Source: Promethearchaeota archaeon
GTDB taxonomy: Archaea; Asgardarchaeota; Lokiarchaeia; Sigyniarchaeales; SOKP01
Reading direction: 5' to 3'
Length of the DNA stretch: 64,000 bases
Assembly (NCBI GenBank): GCA_048941285.1
Contig: JBHLNS010000013.1
Location: 1-64,000 of the forward strand
The notes beneath the pieces were generated by a model. That model saw nothing but the letters and a program-made list of their open reading frames with translations. It was not told the origin of the DNA and ran no database searches. Positions 10,648-19,989 of the stretch are shown one piece after another. A program made the position numbers and the translations under genes. How positions within the stretch are numbered: the stretch's first letter is position 1; every line of letters begins with the position of its first letter.

Positions 10648-10722
10648 GTGAGATTACCTCAATTATATTTTTAGGCAAATTAATTATAGATTTGTAGAAT
10701 TTAATCTTATAGTAAAATTGTA

Positions 10723-10902
10723 TTATTCCTCCGAGAGATCTTCATTATCTAACTTATAATCCTCAGTGTCAATTTCAACAAAAAAACGACCTACATAACC
10801 ACAAGAACACTCATACATATCCGGAGCAAGCCAACCTGAAACATTAACAGCGTTTTTTAAGTTTGGTTCTTTACATTTTGGACAAATTCTTATTTTTACC
10901 AT
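10723..10902 (-). CDS. Small zinc-ribbon protein (59 aa), absent from the ORF track
   Basis: Hand translation: MVKIRICPKCKEPNLKNAVNVSGWLAPDMYECSCGYVGRFFVEIDTEDYKLDNEDLSEE*; CxxC...CxC with acidic tail. Confidence 0.8.
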   Translation of the reverse strand: MVKIRICPKCKEPNLKNAVNVSGWLAPDMYECSCGYVGRFFVEIDTEDYKLDNEDLSEE

Positions 10903-11028
10903 AAATAAAGTTCAACTTAACTTGTTCGATTTTTTTTAATTCTTTTTTAAAAAATTTACATTCTAAGTATAATTATAATTTATTACATTTTTAATTAGAG
11001 GATAATAAGTTATAAAAGTGGGGATATA

Positions 11029-11958
11029 ATGGTAAATGCAATAGTCACTAGAACTATTGGAATGGATTTTATTTATCTTGATTTAATATTCCTATCAATT
11101 TGGATCTTCTTTTTAATAAGAAAAAGGTATTGGCTTTCGATTATTTGGGGTGTGTGTGGGTGGTTAATTTACATTTTTACAGATTATATATTATGGTATT
11201 TAATTACTCAAACAAGAAGCTATACTGGGCCCTTAGATCCATTAATATTTTTCTTATGGTTCTGCTTTTCACCCGGCTTTGTTCAATTTAGTTATGTTTT
11301 TGTCATGTTTGAGAAGAGAAATGTTAACGATTTAATTATTTTTACATTGCTTTTCTATTTAGGATGGATTTTTGTGGGGTACGGTTCTGAATTAATACCT
11401 CTGGATGATAGACTTATTGAAGTCTCTAGAGATATGAATATAGCAAATCAACGTTTTAATGAAGTTATAATGGTCTTAATTAATATTGGAGTTGCACTAA
11501 TTTTATATTTCAAAAAAAAATTGAGATTAGAAGATATTTTATATATCTTTTTAATAGGAACTTTAGTTGAGTTTTCTTTAGAATTTAGCTTAGCAATATC
11601 AGGCATACGCCAGGCACAAGGGGTATGGACTTTAGAATTATTGATTATAAATACTCTTCTGGAATTCAATTTAGGTATTGTATTAATGTATTTATTATGG
11701 GCTTTCATTAAAATTAAAAAGTATGGTCATTATTATTTTCAAATGAGTTACAAAGACATAAAACACATTAAAACAAATTTCGATGCTGTAGCATATATTT
11801 GTAATAACCAAACACTTATTGAGAAGCATATGGAAGAATATTCTAAGCTATATAAACTTAAAAATTTCTTATCAGATATTAAATACTATTGTATGACATA
11901 CAGAACCGATTTTATCAAACAAGAATTAGAAAATGAAATAGTAATTTATTGGAATTAA
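11029..11958 (+). CDS. Hypothetical polytopic membrane protein
   Basis: About 7 hydrophobic segments and a soluble C-terminal tail. Confidence 0.75.
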   Translation: MVNAIVTRTIGMDFIYLDLIFLSIWIFFLIRKRYWLSIIWGVCGWLIYIFTDYILWYLITQTRSYTGPLDPLIFFLWFCFSPGFVQFSYVFVMFEKRNVNDLIIFTLLFYLGWIFVGYGSELIPLDDRLIEVSRDMNIANQRFNEVIMVLINIGVALILYFKKKLRLEDILYIFLIGTLVEFSLEFSLAISGIRQAQGVWTLELLIINTLLEFNLGIVLMYLLWAFIKIKKYGHYYFQMSYKDIKHIKTNFDAVAYICNNQTLIEKHMEEYSKLYKLKNFLSDIKYYCMTYRTDFIKQELENEIVIYWN

Positions 11959-12078
11959 TTCTGTTTTGCTTTTACTATGGGATTTTCTAGTATAATAATA
12001 AAGTATTAATCTCTATTAATATAAATGTATAATAGGCTTAATTTATCAATATTAAAGGTCCAAATAATCCCATAGAAG

Positions 12079-13902
12079 ATGTCTAACTTACAATTACAAA
12101 GAAAGAGTTTACCAAATGAACCTGGGGTTTACTTATTTCTTGACAGTAAAAATACAGTTATTTATATAGGAAAAGCTTTAAATCTCAGAAAGAGAGTTAA
12201 TCAATATTTTACAAAATCCCATTACAACGATCCTTATTATGAAGAAAAAATCAATGAACTGGTAAAGCACATCCATTCTATTGAATATATTGTAACCGAA
12301 AATGAGAAAGAAGCATTGCTCTTAGAAAATATCCAGATTAAGAAGCATCTTCCTCGTTATAATGTGATTATGAGGGACTCCAAGACTTATCCTTGGGTTG
12401 CCATTTTTTATTCTGAAGATTTTCCCAGAATTCGTGTCCTTAGAAACCCCGAAAAATATTCCCAAGATAATCTATTCCTAGGGCCATACACGGATAAAAA
12501 AGAAATCATAAGAATTTTAAGAGATTTAAGAAAAATTTTTCCCTATTGTTCATGTAAGAAACCAATTAGGAGAAGAAAGAGACCTTGCTTATATTATCAA
12601 TTAAAACTATGTCCAGGCCCATGTTTTGCTATGATAATAAAAAAGGAATATAGAGATAATGTCAAAAAGATTGAATTGTTTTTAAGAGGGGAAACGAGTG
12701 AGTTGAAAAAACAAATAAAGGAAAAAATGGCTTTAGCGGCAGATGAACAAGAATTTGAAATAGCTGCCTTTTGGAGAGATAAATTATTAGATATTGATCA
12801 TGCAACAGATCAACAACATGTGTTTTTAAATCATGATGCAAATAAGGACATCATTGGACATTATTCTGCGAACAATTATATGGCAATGGTTCTAATCCAT
12901 ATCAGAGAAGGTAGGATAACAAATAAAAATTCCTTTGATTTTGATTTAAGAGAAAAACTAATTCTCAAACAAGAGTTATTTTCTTCTATTTTAGAGCAAT
13001 ATTATCAAGAGTTTAAAACACAATTACCGAATGTAATTATTATTTCTGAATTAAATAAAAGATTTGAGATTCTTATCAAATATTTGAAGAGTTTAAAAGC
13101 AGAAATACTAATAAGGCCTCCAAACGATGATTTTGAAGAAAGTTTGATTCGCATTGCAAATAAAAATGCTAAAGTAATGGTTAATCAGCGCATTCAAATG
13201 GAAAAGATCAAAATGGATGAAGGAGACTTTAGAGAGGAAATTCTGAGAGAAGCTAAAAAAGTATTAGATTTACCAAAAGACCCTAGAATTATAGAAGGTT
13301 TTGATATTTCTAATATCGAAGGTACTGACGCAACAGGTTCTATGGTTTATTTTTTGGACGCAAAACCATACAATAAAAACTATAGACATTTTAAAATAAG
13401 GTCAAAATCTACTCCTGATGATGTCGCTATGATGAGAGAAGTCTTAAAAAGAAGATACAATTTTCTATTAAAGAGAAATCTAGAACTTCCTGATTTAATT
13501 CTAATTGATGGCGGAAAAGGACAATTGAATGCAGGAATTTCAGTTTTACAAGAGTTAGGTCTCAATATTCCTATCATCGGATTAGCAAAAAAAAATGAAG
13601 AAATTTACTTGCCAAATAAGAAAGAACCTATTATTCTAGCAAAAAATTCCCCATTGCTAAAATTATTTCAAAGAATAAGAGATGAAGCTCATCGTTTCGC
13701 AGTAAGACTTCATAAAAAACAAAGAAAAAGTCGAATATCGGGGTCAATTTTAGATGAAATTGAAGGAATTGGCCCAATCACTAGAAATAAATTACTTAAC
13801 CACTTTGGAAGTATAGATAATATCAAAAAAGCTACCTTAAAAGAATTATCAGAAATAGTGAGAAAGGATTTAGCCGAAAGAATTTTAAAAGAGTTGAATT
13901 AG
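12079..13902 (+). CDS. uvrC: Excinuclease ABC subunit C
   Basis: GIY-YIG (PGVY...YIGKA), UVR domain, RNase H-like IEGFDIS and LIDGGKGQ, RDEAHRFA, HhH GIGP. Confidence 0.97.
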   Translation: MSNLQLQRKSLPNEPGVYLFLDSKNTVIYIGKALNLRKRVNQYFTKSHYNDPYYEEKINELVKHIHSIEYIVTENEKEALLLENIQIKKHLPRYNVIMRDSKTYPWVAIFYSEDFPRIRVLRNPEKYSQDNLFLGPYTDKKEIIRILRDLRKIFPYCSCKKPIRRRKRPCLYYQLKLCPGPCFAMIIKKEYRDNVKKIELFLRGETSELKKQIKEKMALAADEQEFEIAAFWRDKLLDIDHATDQQHVFLNHDANKDIIGHYSANNYMAMVLIHIREGRITNKNSFDFDLREKLILKQELFSSILEQYYQEFKTQLPNVIIISELNKRFEILIKYLKSLKAEILIRPPNDDFEESLIRIANKNAKVMVNQRIQMEKIKMDEGDFREEILREAKKVLDLPKDPRIIEGFDISNIEGTDATGSMVYFLDAKPYNKNYRHFKIRSKSTPDDVAMMREVLKRRYNFLLKRNLELPDLILIDGGKGQLNAGISVLQELGLNIPIIGLAKKNEEIYLPNKKEPIILAKNSPLLKLFQRIRDEAHRFAVRLHKKQRKSRISGSILDEIEGIGPITRNKLLNHFGSIDNIKKATLKELSEIVRKDLAERILKELN

Positions 13903-14015
13903 AGGATATCATACACCTTAGAAATCCCAATATTGCTTTAATGCAAGATTAACCTTTGACATTTTTAACAATTTTAATTAATTTCAATTTAATAGTAAAA
14001 AAAAAAAATTATATA

Positions 14016-15272
14016 TTATAAATTATCACTCTTTATCCTCGATAATACTGCAAATATTATTATTAATACACCTAATAGTATAAACGTTATATTTAAATTC
14101 CACATCACCAGGTATCCAACGAAAGGGTAAAGAATTGCTCTTATAAGACTCGCTATCATGTTTATTGCACTTATAACTGTAGCTCTGTTTTCTGTTTCAA
14201 TTTGTTGATTTATGCCCTTAACAAATATCAAACTCCTTGAAAATCCAAAACCAATAACAATGAGAATTAAAGGAATGCTCACTGGAAGATATTGGATTAG
14301 TGCCATTAAAATAAAGGCCATACCTGGGATTATTGTATATATTCTAAGGAACCTTCTCTTGTTATAGATTTTGTTTTCTAAAGTTGGAAGGATATTGTTA
14401 AAGAGAATTTGCACCAGTGTCATTGACATACTTACAAATCCAAAGAATATTAATTGAAAATTTAATGCTTCAAGGTAGACTTGATAGGTCCATATTAAGA
14501 AAAACACTAAAGCCTCTGTTATCACCATTTCGATAGCTAGTAATCTTAATATCTTATTGGTTGTGAGCTCTTTAATCCCAGATTTTACAATTGTCAAATA
14601 CTTGTCATTTTTCTTTTTTATCAAGTCATGATTAGGCTCCTTTAAAGTTAATGATATTATCGTTGCTATTATAAATGGTACAAATATAAGACTCATTACA
14701 AGATTCAATGAAAAATATGCACCAATGATCGATCCAACTGGCGCTGAAATTGCTATACCAAGCAAGCTAAAACTACGATTTCTTGCCATAACTTTAGAAA
14801 TTTCGTTTTCTCTTCCAAGTTTTCTCAGTGTGTCGTAAATAAATGCCATATTGGTCCCTGATGTTAAAGCAGCTCCTAAAGCCCATAAAGTCTCACCAAT
14901 AGTAAAAATGATAATACTTGGATAACTTCCATAAATCAATCCAGCAAATGCAGTTGTCAAGGCTCCTAAAATTAGTGAAAATTTCCTACTTATGTAATCT
15001 GCTATCGCACCACAAGGAATCTCAAATACTAATATCATAATTGTAAAATAACTTTGTAAGAACATTACTTCTAGAAATGTTAATCTACCCCACGTCAAGA
15101 AAAATGGTAATAGAATTCCTGAGATCAGATGAAATCCCTCTATAAAACTAATCAAATATGATTTCCATATGTTCGCTCTCCACTTCTCTAAATTTTCATG
15201 AGAGACTTTACTTTCTAACTCTAAGGAAGATTCGAGTATTTCTTCTTGAGTTAATTCCTTTAATTCTGACAT
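14016..15272 (-). CDS. MFS transporter
   Basis: 12-TM pattern; FEIPCGAIADYISRK motif A; SGT...IYDTL. Confidence 0.9.
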   Translation of the reverse strand: MSELKELTQEEILESSLELESKVSHENLEKWRANIWKSYLISFIEGFHLISGILLPFFLTWGRLTFLEVMFLQSYFTIMILVFEIPCGAIADYISRKFSLILGALTTAFAGLIYGSYPSIIIFTIGETLWALGAALTSGTNMAFIYDTLRKLGRENEISKVMARNRSFSLLGIAISAPVGSIIGAYFSLNLVMSLIFVPFIIATIISLTLKEPNHDLIKKKNDKYLTIVKSGIKELTTNKILRLLAIEMVITEALVFFLIWTYQVYLEALNFQLIFFGFVSMSMTLVQILFNNILPTLENKIYNKRRFLRIYTIIPGMAFILMALIQYLPVSIPLILIVIGFGFSRSLIFVKGINQQIETENRATVISAINMIASLIRAILYPFVGYLVMWNLNITFILLGVLIIIFAVLSRIKSDNL

Positions 15273-15751
15273 TTTTTAACCTATTTTATTTATTTTTTTC
15301 TATTTTTTATTAAATTATCAAAAAAACACATTTAGAATCTCATTTAGAAAGATATTAGATTCTGGGTTTACTAAATTAACTCTAGAGTCCTGGAATTTTG
15401 TCAAAAATACGAAAGCGAATAAAGAGTAAAGATATTCAATGCTAAAAAGTATAAGATAAGGTTCGGCGTGTTGTTGATTTCTATGTTTTTATAAGGATAA
15501 TGTAGTAGGGAAATATGATACAAGCCCTAAAAACATCATTACCATGATAATTTTTTCACAATACGGATAGTGAACTAGCAAATCTCCTCTGTTAGTTCGA
15601 ATCCAATAGTTTTTTTTCATTATCATGATATAATCAACAAATATGTTTAATAAAACTATATTATTCTTAAACTTATAAATTTTATGGGGATTTTGCATTA
15701 TTTAATGAAGGTTAAAAAGAAAATGGGAAAATAATGGGAATAACTAAAAAC

Positions 15752-17179
15752 TTAATATGAAATAATTAACCTTATAAGCTCTGCTGTTGCTTCACAATAC
15801 ACTCTAGCTAGTGATTCTCTTTTTGCTTCGCTTATAACTCTGATTAATCGTTCTGTATTTGATGGATGAATAAGAACAAACCAATCCTTTCCATGACCAA
15901 ATTTAAGATCATTTTGAATTTGATCTACTTCTTCCCCTTCCTTCTGCAATTCAGATTTCAACTTTTTAATTAGTAATTCAATATCGATGTCTTTAATACT
16001 GATTCTTATTCGATGGGAATAGTATTTAGGAAGCTCTGAAACCAACTGAGAGATCCTTTTTCCAGTTTTCACCATTATTTCTATAATTTTTGTTGCAGCA
16101 AAAATCCCATCCCTAGTATTATTGAAATATGGAAACATAAAACCTCCACATGAACCTTCTCCTCCAAAAACTAAACGATTTTGTGATGAATCTGAAATTA
16201 ATTCATTCATTTTTTCAGTTAAAAAACGTTCACCAATGGGGGTTCTTAAAACTTTCGCATTGTATTTTTCTGCTATTGCATCAAATCTTAATGAAGATGC
16301 TAAATTAGTAACAAAAAAAACCTCCTTGTTTTTAATATCCTGATTTTTTAAATAATAATCTGTAATTATAGCTAAGCCTATATCTTCGGGATAGCATTCT
16401 CCATTTTCCCCAATAATTGCAAGTCTATCCGCATCTGAATCATGAGCAAATCCAATATCATATTTTCCTTGCCAAACTTCCATTATTAAATCTCTTAGAT
16501 TCTCTTTAATTGGTTCGATTTCTCTGGGAAAATCTTTATTCGCAAGCAACTTATTATTGATAAGTTTTACCTCGCATCCCAGTTCAGTTAAAACTTTAGG
16601 AGTTACATTTTTTCCAGCACCTGCCCCCGAATCAACAACTACTCTAAGCTTATTTTTTCCTTTAATCTCTAAAAGATCAATGTGTTTAAATAAATCTTGA
16701 ATATAGTCTATAATTGGGTTTAAATTTCTAACATTCTGTTCAGAACTTAATTGAATTGCTTCATAGGAATTCAAATCTATGTTCTCCAAATATATTGAAA
16801 TTATTTCTAAATCGTCAGTGCCTAGAAATGTTTCCTTGGATAATAATTTTAAGCCATTCCACTCTTGAGGGTTATGAGATCCTGTAATAATAATACCAGC
16901 AGGGATATTTAACTTGTTTTTTAAATGGATTATTACAGGTGTAGGGCAAACTCCAAGATTTATTATTTCAAAACCAGATATAATTAGCCCTTCAATTATT
17001 CCTTGTTCGATTAAGATACTACTTGGTCTAGTATCTCTACCTATAACTACTTTTTTATCTCCACCATCAATGAATAATCCAAATGCAATTGCAATTTTTT
17101 TAACAATATCAAATTTAAGATCCTTCTCAACATGACCTCTAATGCCGCTTAAAGTGAAGATTAAATTACGTTGTTCCAT
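15752..17179 (-). CDS. Phosphohexomutase (PGM/PMM/GlmM family)
   Basis: ITGSHNP phosphoserine loop, DSDADR metal loop, GGEGS. Confidence 0.92.
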   Translation of the reverse strand: MEQRNLIFTLSGIRGHVEKDLKFDIVKKIAIAFGLFIDGGDKKVVIGRDTRPSSILIEQGIIEGLIISGFEIINLGVCPTPVIIHLKNKLNIPAGIIITGSHNPQEWNGLKLLSKETFLGTDDLEIISIYLENIDLNSYEAIQLSSEQNVRNLNPIIDYIQDLFKHIDLLEIKGKNKLRVVVDSGAGAGKNVTPKVLTELGCEVKLINNKLLANKDFPREIEPIKENLRDLIMEVWQGKYDIGFAHDSDADRLAIIGENGECYPEDIGLAIITDYYLKNQDIKNKEVFFVTNLASSLRFDAIAEKYNAKVLRTPIGERFLTEKMNELISDSSQNRLVFGGEGSCGGFMFPYFNNTRDGIFAATKIIEIMVKTGKRISQLVSELPKYYSHRIRISIKDIDIELLIKKLKSELQKEGEEVDQIQNDLKFGHGKDWFVLIHPSNTERLIRVISEAKRESLARVYCEATAELIRLIISY

Positions 17180-17192
17180 TTTTTTGAATTTA

Positions 17193-18206
17193 TTATGAAA
17201 TTATTTTATTATTCTCCAATTTATATTTAACAAGAGCTAATGCTCCTCTTAATCCAATTTCATCTTTAAATTTTGTCAACTTTATTATTGGTGGATGATT
17301 GAGTGTAAAGCGAATAGGATCATTCTCAAACTGCTCTTTTAATGGAGGAATTATTTGATCTTTATCATTCATCATAGCTCCTCCAAAATAGATTGAAACA
17401 CAATCATAGTAATTATTAACTAATCCTACTCCTACTTTTGTATAAAATATACAATCTTGAACTATTTTATTAGATAATTCATCTCCTTTCTTAGCCGCCT
17501 GAAATATTTCTTTTGCAGTCATTTTAGACCTGTCATGATCAATAATTTGCATTAATATCTTCGCGTTTAACTCCCCCTCATCTAGAGCATCTAAGGTTCT
17601 ATTTCGAACCCCTGTTCCAGAACTATACGCTTCCCAACAACCAAATGCTCCACAATTACATCTAGCCTTACTTTTTGGCTCAACTAATGCATGACCAATT
17701 TCTGCTGCGTTACCCTCTTTTCCAAGCAGAAGATGTCCACTGCAAATCACACCACCACCTATTCCTGTTGACATTGTAATATACACTAAATTATCTCTTT
17801 CTTCCTCTTCTGCTTCAAAGAAGTGTATACCTAACACACTACCATTGCAATCGTTTATAAAATATATCGGAATTTTTGGGAATTTTTGTTTAATTGGATC
17901 TTTTAGAGGAATTTGTCTAAAACCTAGATTAGCATTATTGAATACCTCTCCTTTTTCCATATCTAAAGGACCTGCTGTAGCTATCCCCATCCCTAAAACT
18001 TGATCACTTTCAATATTATTTTCAGAAAGCAAATCCGTTAGCATGTGACATACAGAATTACTAATTGAATATTTATTTTCTTTTAATGTTCTTGTTGTTT
18101 TTTTTACTATATTTTTTTCATTTAGATCTGCTGTGCAGATAGCGACTCGTACCCACGTACCTCCGATATCAACCCCTGCTAAGAATTTTTTATCCACTCT
18201 TATCAT
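17193..18206 (-). CDS. ROK-family sugar kinase (glucokinase-like)
   Basis: GVDIGGT, STGIGGG, EIGH, CNCGAFGCWE. Confidence 0.92.
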   Translation of the reverse strand: MIRVDKKFLAGVDIGGTWVRVAICTADLNEKNIVKKTTRTLKENKYSISNSVCHMLTDLLSENNIESDQVLGMGIATAGPLDMEKGEVFNNANLGFRQIPLKDPIKQKFPKIPIYFINDCNGSVLGIHFFEAEEEERDNLVYITMSTGIGGGVICSGHLLLGKEGNAAEIGHALVEPKSKARCNCGAFGCWEAYSSGTGVRNRTLDALDEGELNAKILMQIIDHDRSKMTAKEIFQAAKKGDELSNKIVQDCIFYTKVGVGLVNNYYDCVSIYFGGAMMNDKDQIIPPLKEQFENDPIRFTLNHPPIIKLTKFKDEIGLRGALALVKYKLENNKIIS

Positions 18207-18302
18207 GCATTTACACTTTTTTTGCTTTCCTTAACCTCTTAATAATATAAATATTTCAAATACTTCAAATTATTATTATAGAAATAAAAGTCTTTCTGTA
18301 GT

Positions 18303-19100
18303 TCAGTATACATTTATTTCTATTTTATCATCATCGATTATCTCCTTAAAAATGGTGGCTATCTCCCTTTTCCTCCCATCATCAATTGAAAAAACAAAAT
18401 ACTCTGCTGGAATTCTAGCAGTCGAATAAATTTGAATTATATCTGGTTTTATGCTTTTTAATGCCTGAGCTAAATCAAAAATATTTGTAGAATTATTGTT
18501 AGGTATAAAATTTTCTTCGTAAGAATTAAAAATTAAACACTGAATAGCTAATTTATTTTTTTTAGGCATTTCTTGTTTTAGTTTAATTAATGATTCAATG
18601 ATAATTTCAATATTAGGAGTGTCACGATGAGGGCGGTTTGTTCTCTTAAAATCACCACTATTACCAGCATCTAATTTTGCGAGAACTAACTCGAATTGCT
18701 TGACACTTTCTCTTACTCTATCTATATATAAAGTACTAGAATTTGTAAATAACGTAAGGTTGGGTTTTTTGTTCGTCCAAATTAATTCATTCCTTACATC
18801 CAATGCGATTTTAAGGAAATCCAGTAAATTTTCATTCAAAGTCGGTTCACCATTATATCCGAACGTTATTGAGTCCAAATGCGGAACATATTTCAAAATC
18901 GAAAGCAGTTCTTTACGGAAATTAATAGATGGAGGCAAATTTATTTTGTAATTAGGAGATACCAAATTTTCTTTTTTAGTTAATCCAATTTCACAATATA
19001 CGCAATTATATGTACATAATTTATAATCAGCTAACACGTTTACCCCTAAAGACAGACCCAATCGCCTGGATTGAAAAGGACCATATGTATATTTGCGCAT
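18303..19100 (-). CDS. Radical SAM Fe-S oxidoreductase
   Basis: CTYNCVYC; YGPFQSRRLGLSLGVN N-terminus; GEPTL. Confidence 0.9.
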   Translation of the reverse strand: MRKYTYGPFQSRRLGLSLGVNVLADYKLCTYNCVYCEIGLTKKENLVSPNYKINLPPSINFRKELLSILKYVPHLDSITFGYNGEPTLNENLLDFLKIALDVRNELIWTNKKPNLTLFTNSSTLYIDRVRESVKQFELVLAKLDAGNSGDFKRTNRPHRDTPNIEIIIESLIKLKQEMPKKNKLAIQCLIFNSYEENFIPNNNSTNIFDLAQALKSIKPDIIQIYSTARIPAEYFVFSIDDGRKREIATIFKEIIDDDKIEINVY

Positions 19101-19109
19101 TTTATATAA

Positions 19110-19871
19110 TTACAAATAATTCTTAATAAATCTTTCTATAGCATTATTTACTTGCTTTGGTTTTTCTAACATAACCCCGTGACCCGCTTTATCTATTATA
19201 TGAAGTACTGAATTCTCAATTTTATCGTGAAAAAATTGTGAATATTTAACGGGAGTAAGTTGATCATACTTTCCACATATTATTACACATGGTATATCAA
19301 TTGAATTTGTCTTTTCTAATGTATCAAATGCATCACAAATTTTAAAATCACGATAAACTACTTCTGGATCTGCTTGAGATGCCTCCAAAACTGCATTTTC
19401 AATTATAGCTTTTGAAACTTTCTTATAAAATGTCCCTGTTGGAAAAGAATTTAAGTATTTCTGATAATCAGGTTTTATTGAATCAAAGATCACTTGACTT
19501 ACTCTCATCCTTCCACCTGTAGCACATAGAATAAGAGCAGAAACCTTTTCTGGATATCTAAAATAATACTCCTGTATCACTACTCCTCCCATAGAATGTC
19601 CTCCTAATACTAATGTATCGGGTTTTAGGGATTCTATAAGCGTTTTTAGTACATCAACGTATAGATCTAAAGATAATTCTTGATATATATTGGATTTATT
19701 ATGTGAAGGCAAATCAAGAGCAATAATATTATAATTAATATTTAAATAAAACTGATTCTCCCAGACATTTGAATTACCACCTGCTCCATGTATAAGAATA
19801 AGTATATTTTTCGAATTATTATCTTTAATCTGATAAAAAATTTGTTTTCCAGAATATTCGAAGTATGGAAT
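19110..19871 (-). CDS. Alpha/beta hydrolase, probable ATT start at 19871
   Basis: GHSMGG nucleophile elbow, DQLTP acid, GH catalytic His. The open frame upstream of the called TTG contains LIHGAGG, so the real start lies upstream. Confidence 0.85.
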   Translation of the reverse strand: MPYFEYSGKQIFYQIKDNNSKNILILIHGAGGNSNVWENQFYLNINYNIIALDLPSHNKSNIYQELSLDLYVDVLKTLIESLKPDTLVLGGHSMGGVVIQEYYFRYPEKVSALILCATGGRMRVSQVIFDSIKPDYQKYLNSFPTGTFYKKVSKAIIENAVLEASQADPEVVYRDFKICDAFDTLEKTNSIDIPCVIICGKYDQLTPVKYSQFFHDKIENSVLHIIDKAGHGVMLEKPKQVNNAIERFIKNYL

Positions 19872-19989
19872 AATTAAGCACCATGATAGATTATCTATTA
19901 TATGGATTTAAAAACATGATAATAATTTAGTTTTATTAAAAATTCATAGTTAGATCATTTTCACTGAAAAGAGAAGAAATGAAGAATAT

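Noticed and set aside
15489-15698. 69-aa ORF upstream of the MFS gene
   Set aside because: No recognisable features, overlaps a hairpin region and has no amino-acid enrichment suggesting a leader peptide.
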